Shown: in pieces, positions 61,491 through 64,000 of the stretch
Position numbering within the stretch: the first letter of the stretch is position 1
Layout: each line of letters begins with the position of its first letter
From: a bacterium
GTDB taxonomy: Bacteria > UBA8248
Length of the DNA stretch: 64,000 nt
Direction: 5' to 3'
Assembly (NCBI GenBank): GCA_963692865.2
Contig: OY843592.1
Coordinates: 3,584,001 to 3,648,000 of the forward strand
The notes under the pieces: generated by a model
What the model saw: only the letters and a program-made list of their open reading frames with translations
Database searches by the model: none
What the model was told of the DNA's origin: nothing
Position numbers and translations under genes: made by a program

Positions 61491-61946
61491 CTAGGAGACG
61501 CTCATCTTGCGCCCGCTCTCGTACCACTCGGGACCGGGCTGTTCAGGGGGGTCGTCGTAGCGTTTGATTTCGAGTTCCACGTTGTCGGGATCGTAGAAAT
61601 AGGTGGCGTAGCCCACGCCGTAGGCGCCGAGGTTCTTCTCCTCGCCGCGGTGAGGCTCCCGGCCGCTCGCGCGCAGCCGCTCGATCACCTTGCCGTATTC
61701 GGCGCCGTCCATGCAAAACGCGAGGTGGTCCATCCCGCCCTTGACCTCAATGTCGTCGGACACGAAATCATCGGCGTGAAACAGCACGAGGATGTCCTCC
61801 CCAACGCGGAAGACGACCTGGTCGATCTCGCCATTGTGGATGAGCCTGCGGCCGACGGGCTTGAAGCCCATCACGTCGCGGTAGAACGCGATGGATTTTT
61901 CGAGATTCGTGACGCGCAGGGCGACGTGTTCGATCATTCGCTTCAT
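61491..61946 (-). CDS. VOC family protein
   Basis: IEHVALRV, FYRDVMG, DHLAF and YFYDPDNVELE motifs. Confidence 0.88.
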   Translation of the reverse strand: MKRMIEHVALRVTNLEKSIAFYRDVMGFKPVGRRLIHNGEIDQVVFRVGEDILVLFHADDFVSDDIEVKGGMDHLAFCMDGAEYGKVIERLRASGREPHRGEEKNLGAYGVGYATYFYDPDNVELEIKRYDDPPEQPGPEWYESGRKMSVS

Positions 61947-61976
61947 GACGGCCTCCTTTATGCCGGAGGGGAGGGA

Positions 61977-62498
61977 TTAGTCGTCGTAGGCCTTCACCGT
62001 GGGAACCGTGATGGGGGCTTCGGGCTCGGTCCGGCCCTCGGCCACGGCGCGAATCGCCGCGATGATCTGGCGGTATCCCGTGCAGCGGCAGAGGTTCCCG
62101 GTAAGCCAGTGCTGAATCTCGGCTTCCGAGGGGTCGGGATTCTCCTCGAGCAGCTTCTTGGCCGAGACGATCATCCCCGGCGTGCAGTAGCCGCACTGCG
62201 TGGCGCCGTAGGAGGCGAAAGCGGCCTGCAGGGGATGCAGGTCTTCGAGGCCGCCCAGGCCTTCTATGGTCTCGACGTTCGACCCGTCGGCGCGCACCGC
62301 GAGAACGAGGCAGGAACTGATGAGTTCGCCGTCCATGATGATCGAACACGAGCCGCACGCGCCCTGGTCGCAGGCGCGCTTGGTGCCCATCATCCCCAGG
62401 TCTTCGCGGATGAGGTCCACCAGATAGCGGTTCACGGGAACCATGGCTTCGACGGGTTCGCCGTTGAGAACGAAAGATATCATCCTTTTTTCAGACAT
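61977..62498 (-). CDS. (2Fe-2S)-binding protein, CoxS/CutS small-subunit type
   Basis: GTKRACDQGACGSC, QCGYCTPG and NLCRCTGY motifs. Confidence 0.92.
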   Translation of the reverse strand: MSEKRMISFVLNGEPVEAMVPVNRYLVDLIREDLGMMGTKRACDQGACGSCSIIMDGELISSCLVLAVRADGSNVETIEGLGGLEDLHPLQAAFASYGATQCGYCTPGMIVSAKKLLEENPDPSEAEIQHWLTGNLCRCTGYRQIIAAIRAVAEGRTEPEAPITVPTVKAYDD

Positions 62499-62583
62499 AT
62501 CGATCCCCCACTCATTGCGGCCATGCGCTGTTTCGATGTGGCCCCACTATACCACGATTCACTCTTACGTGCACAAGAAAGCC

Positions 62584-63597
62584 TCAAACCTTCCTGAGCG
62601 CGGGCATCAACTCGTCCGAGATCATCCGCATGCTGTGGAGCGCCGTGGAAAGCGGCATTCCCGCCCAGTGCGTGCGGATGACGAGGTGGTTCATCCCCAC
62701 CTCCTCCCAGTAGGGGCGGAGCTGCTCGTAGCACTCCTCGGGCGAGCCGAGGACGAAGCGGTCCTTGAGCAAATCGTCGAATTCCTGGTCGAAGCTCTCG
62801 TCCTCGGGCATGGCGTCGTCCTGGCCCCACTTGGCGTAATCCTGGTATTTGCCGAACAGGTAAGGCCCCGCCATCTCGAGGGCGGTCTTCCTGTCATGGC
62901 TGCAGAAGACCTCCTTGATGCAGGGGAATTCCGCCGGGAACGGCTTGCCGCACCTGTCCAGTTCCGCGCGGTAGAGCGCCATCTGCCGCCTGATGGTCGC
63001 CGTGGTCGAATGGGGGTTGATGAACCAGTTGTCGCCGATGCGCGCGGCGCGCTCGATGGCCTTGTCGTTATTGGCCGCCACCCATATCGGCGGGTGGGGC
63101 TTCTGCACGGGGCGGATGTTCATGCGCACGCCGTCGAGCTTGCAGACATCGTCCTCCCAGGTCACCTCCTCCTCCGTCCAGAGGCGCTTCACGAGTTCGA
63201 GGCACGCCTCGAAGCGGCGCACGCGCTGCCCCTTCGGCACGCGGAAGGCGTCGAACTCCGCCTCGCGGTAGCCGAGGCCGATGCCGAACACGAAGTTCCC
63301 CCGGCAGAGGACGTCCATCGTCGCCACCGTCTCGGCGACGTAGACCGGGTTGTGCAGGTTGATGAGCAGGATGCCGAGCCCGAGCGTCATCTCGCCCGCC
63401 TCGGCCTGCAGGCGCGCCAGGAAGGGCACGATCTGGAGCTGCTTGTTGTCGCCCTCGTTCAGGTAGTGCTGCCCGGTGAAGAGCGAGTCCCAGCCCTTGT
63501 CGCGCGCGAGGCGCGCCATGGCATACTGATCGTCCAGGGCGCTGACCATGTCGGTTCCGAGGCGCTGCTGGTTGGTGATGAAGAGTCCCACTTTCAT
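62584..63597 (-). CDS. LLM class flavin-dependent oxidoreductase
   Basis: NPVYVAE, GIGLGYR..EF, PVQKPHPPIW and RAARIGD motifs. Confidence 0.9.
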   Translation of the reverse strand: MKVGLFITNQQRLGTDMVSALDDQYAMARLARDKGWDSLFTGQHYLNEGDNKQLQIVPFLARLQAEAGEMTLGLGILLINLHNPVYVAETVATMDVLCRGNFVFGIGLGYREAEFDAFRVPKGQRVRRFEACLELVKRLWTEEEVTWEDDVCKLDGVRMNIRPVQKPHPPIWVAANNDKAIERAARIGDNWFINPHSTTATIRRQMALYRAELDRCGKPFPAEFPCIKEVFCSHDRKTALEMAGPYLFGKYQDYAKWGQDDAMPEDESFDQEFDDLLKDRFVLGSPEECYEQLRPYWEEVGMNHLVIRTHWAGMPLSTALHSMRMISDELMPALRKV

Positions 63598-63690
63598 GTC
63601 GCGTTCCCCATGCTTGAGGCGGATGGTTGGGGGCCACCATACCCCAAGGCGCGCGACGCCGCCATGCTTACGGCGGAGATGCGGCGGGAG

Positions 63691-64000
63691 GAAATGCGGG
63701 CTGTTGCGGGGAAATGCGGGGGAGCCAAAAAACTTTTTTTACCGCCGTATCTGAGTGCGGGACGCTGAGATTTATATGATAACCCGTTTGATTACAACAA
63801 CTTGCCGGGGACTTGCTTTGCAGAAACTTATCGAAAAACCCCGTGAATTTATCCAATTTTATACAAAATATCATTATCTTCATTATCAGTCGTTTCCCTG
63901 AACCTGCCGGCGCCGCCCCTCCGGCGGTGAAACCCGGGGGAGGAGCGAGAATCAATCCCAACAGAAGAAGCAGGAATTGGCCGACCGACGATGGGAGATT
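63691..64000. repeat. Dispersed element with AT-rich core, copy 2 (inverted; runs off the window end)
   Basis: Reverse complement aligns with 29105-29430. Confidence 0.75.

Overview
GC-rich bacterial chromosomal window with about 55 genes. Most are catabolic or transport genes: hydrolases, a haloalkane dehalogenase, oxidoreductases, cupins, four VOC proteins, two branched-chain-amino-acid-type ABC operons and aceEF. There is also an AT-richer glycosyltransferase/FkbM cluster, a Y-family polymerase with a coupled Zn-finger gene, a small methyltransferase-nuclease pair and an orphan higA. No rRNA, tRNA, CRISPR array or transposase was seen. Three things are not captured by the ORF track. (1) A nested intergenic repeat system: short non-coding elements bounded by GGGGTTGTTGAAAAA...TTTTTCAACAACCCC inverted ends carry GTAG/CGTC-type REP hairpin doublets as variable cargo, and several sit in the loops of other palindromic repeats with 4-5 bp target duplications. 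(2) A probable selenoprotein, a glutaredoxin-like UxxC domain fused to a DinB-like domain, with an in-frame TGA and a SECIS-like hairpin (37842-38594). (3) A diverged, inverted duplicate of an approximately 320 bp element (29105-29430 and 63691-64000) with an AT-rich core and 10-bp-phased CCCGCA boxes. All product calls come from motif recognition by eye; no database search was run.
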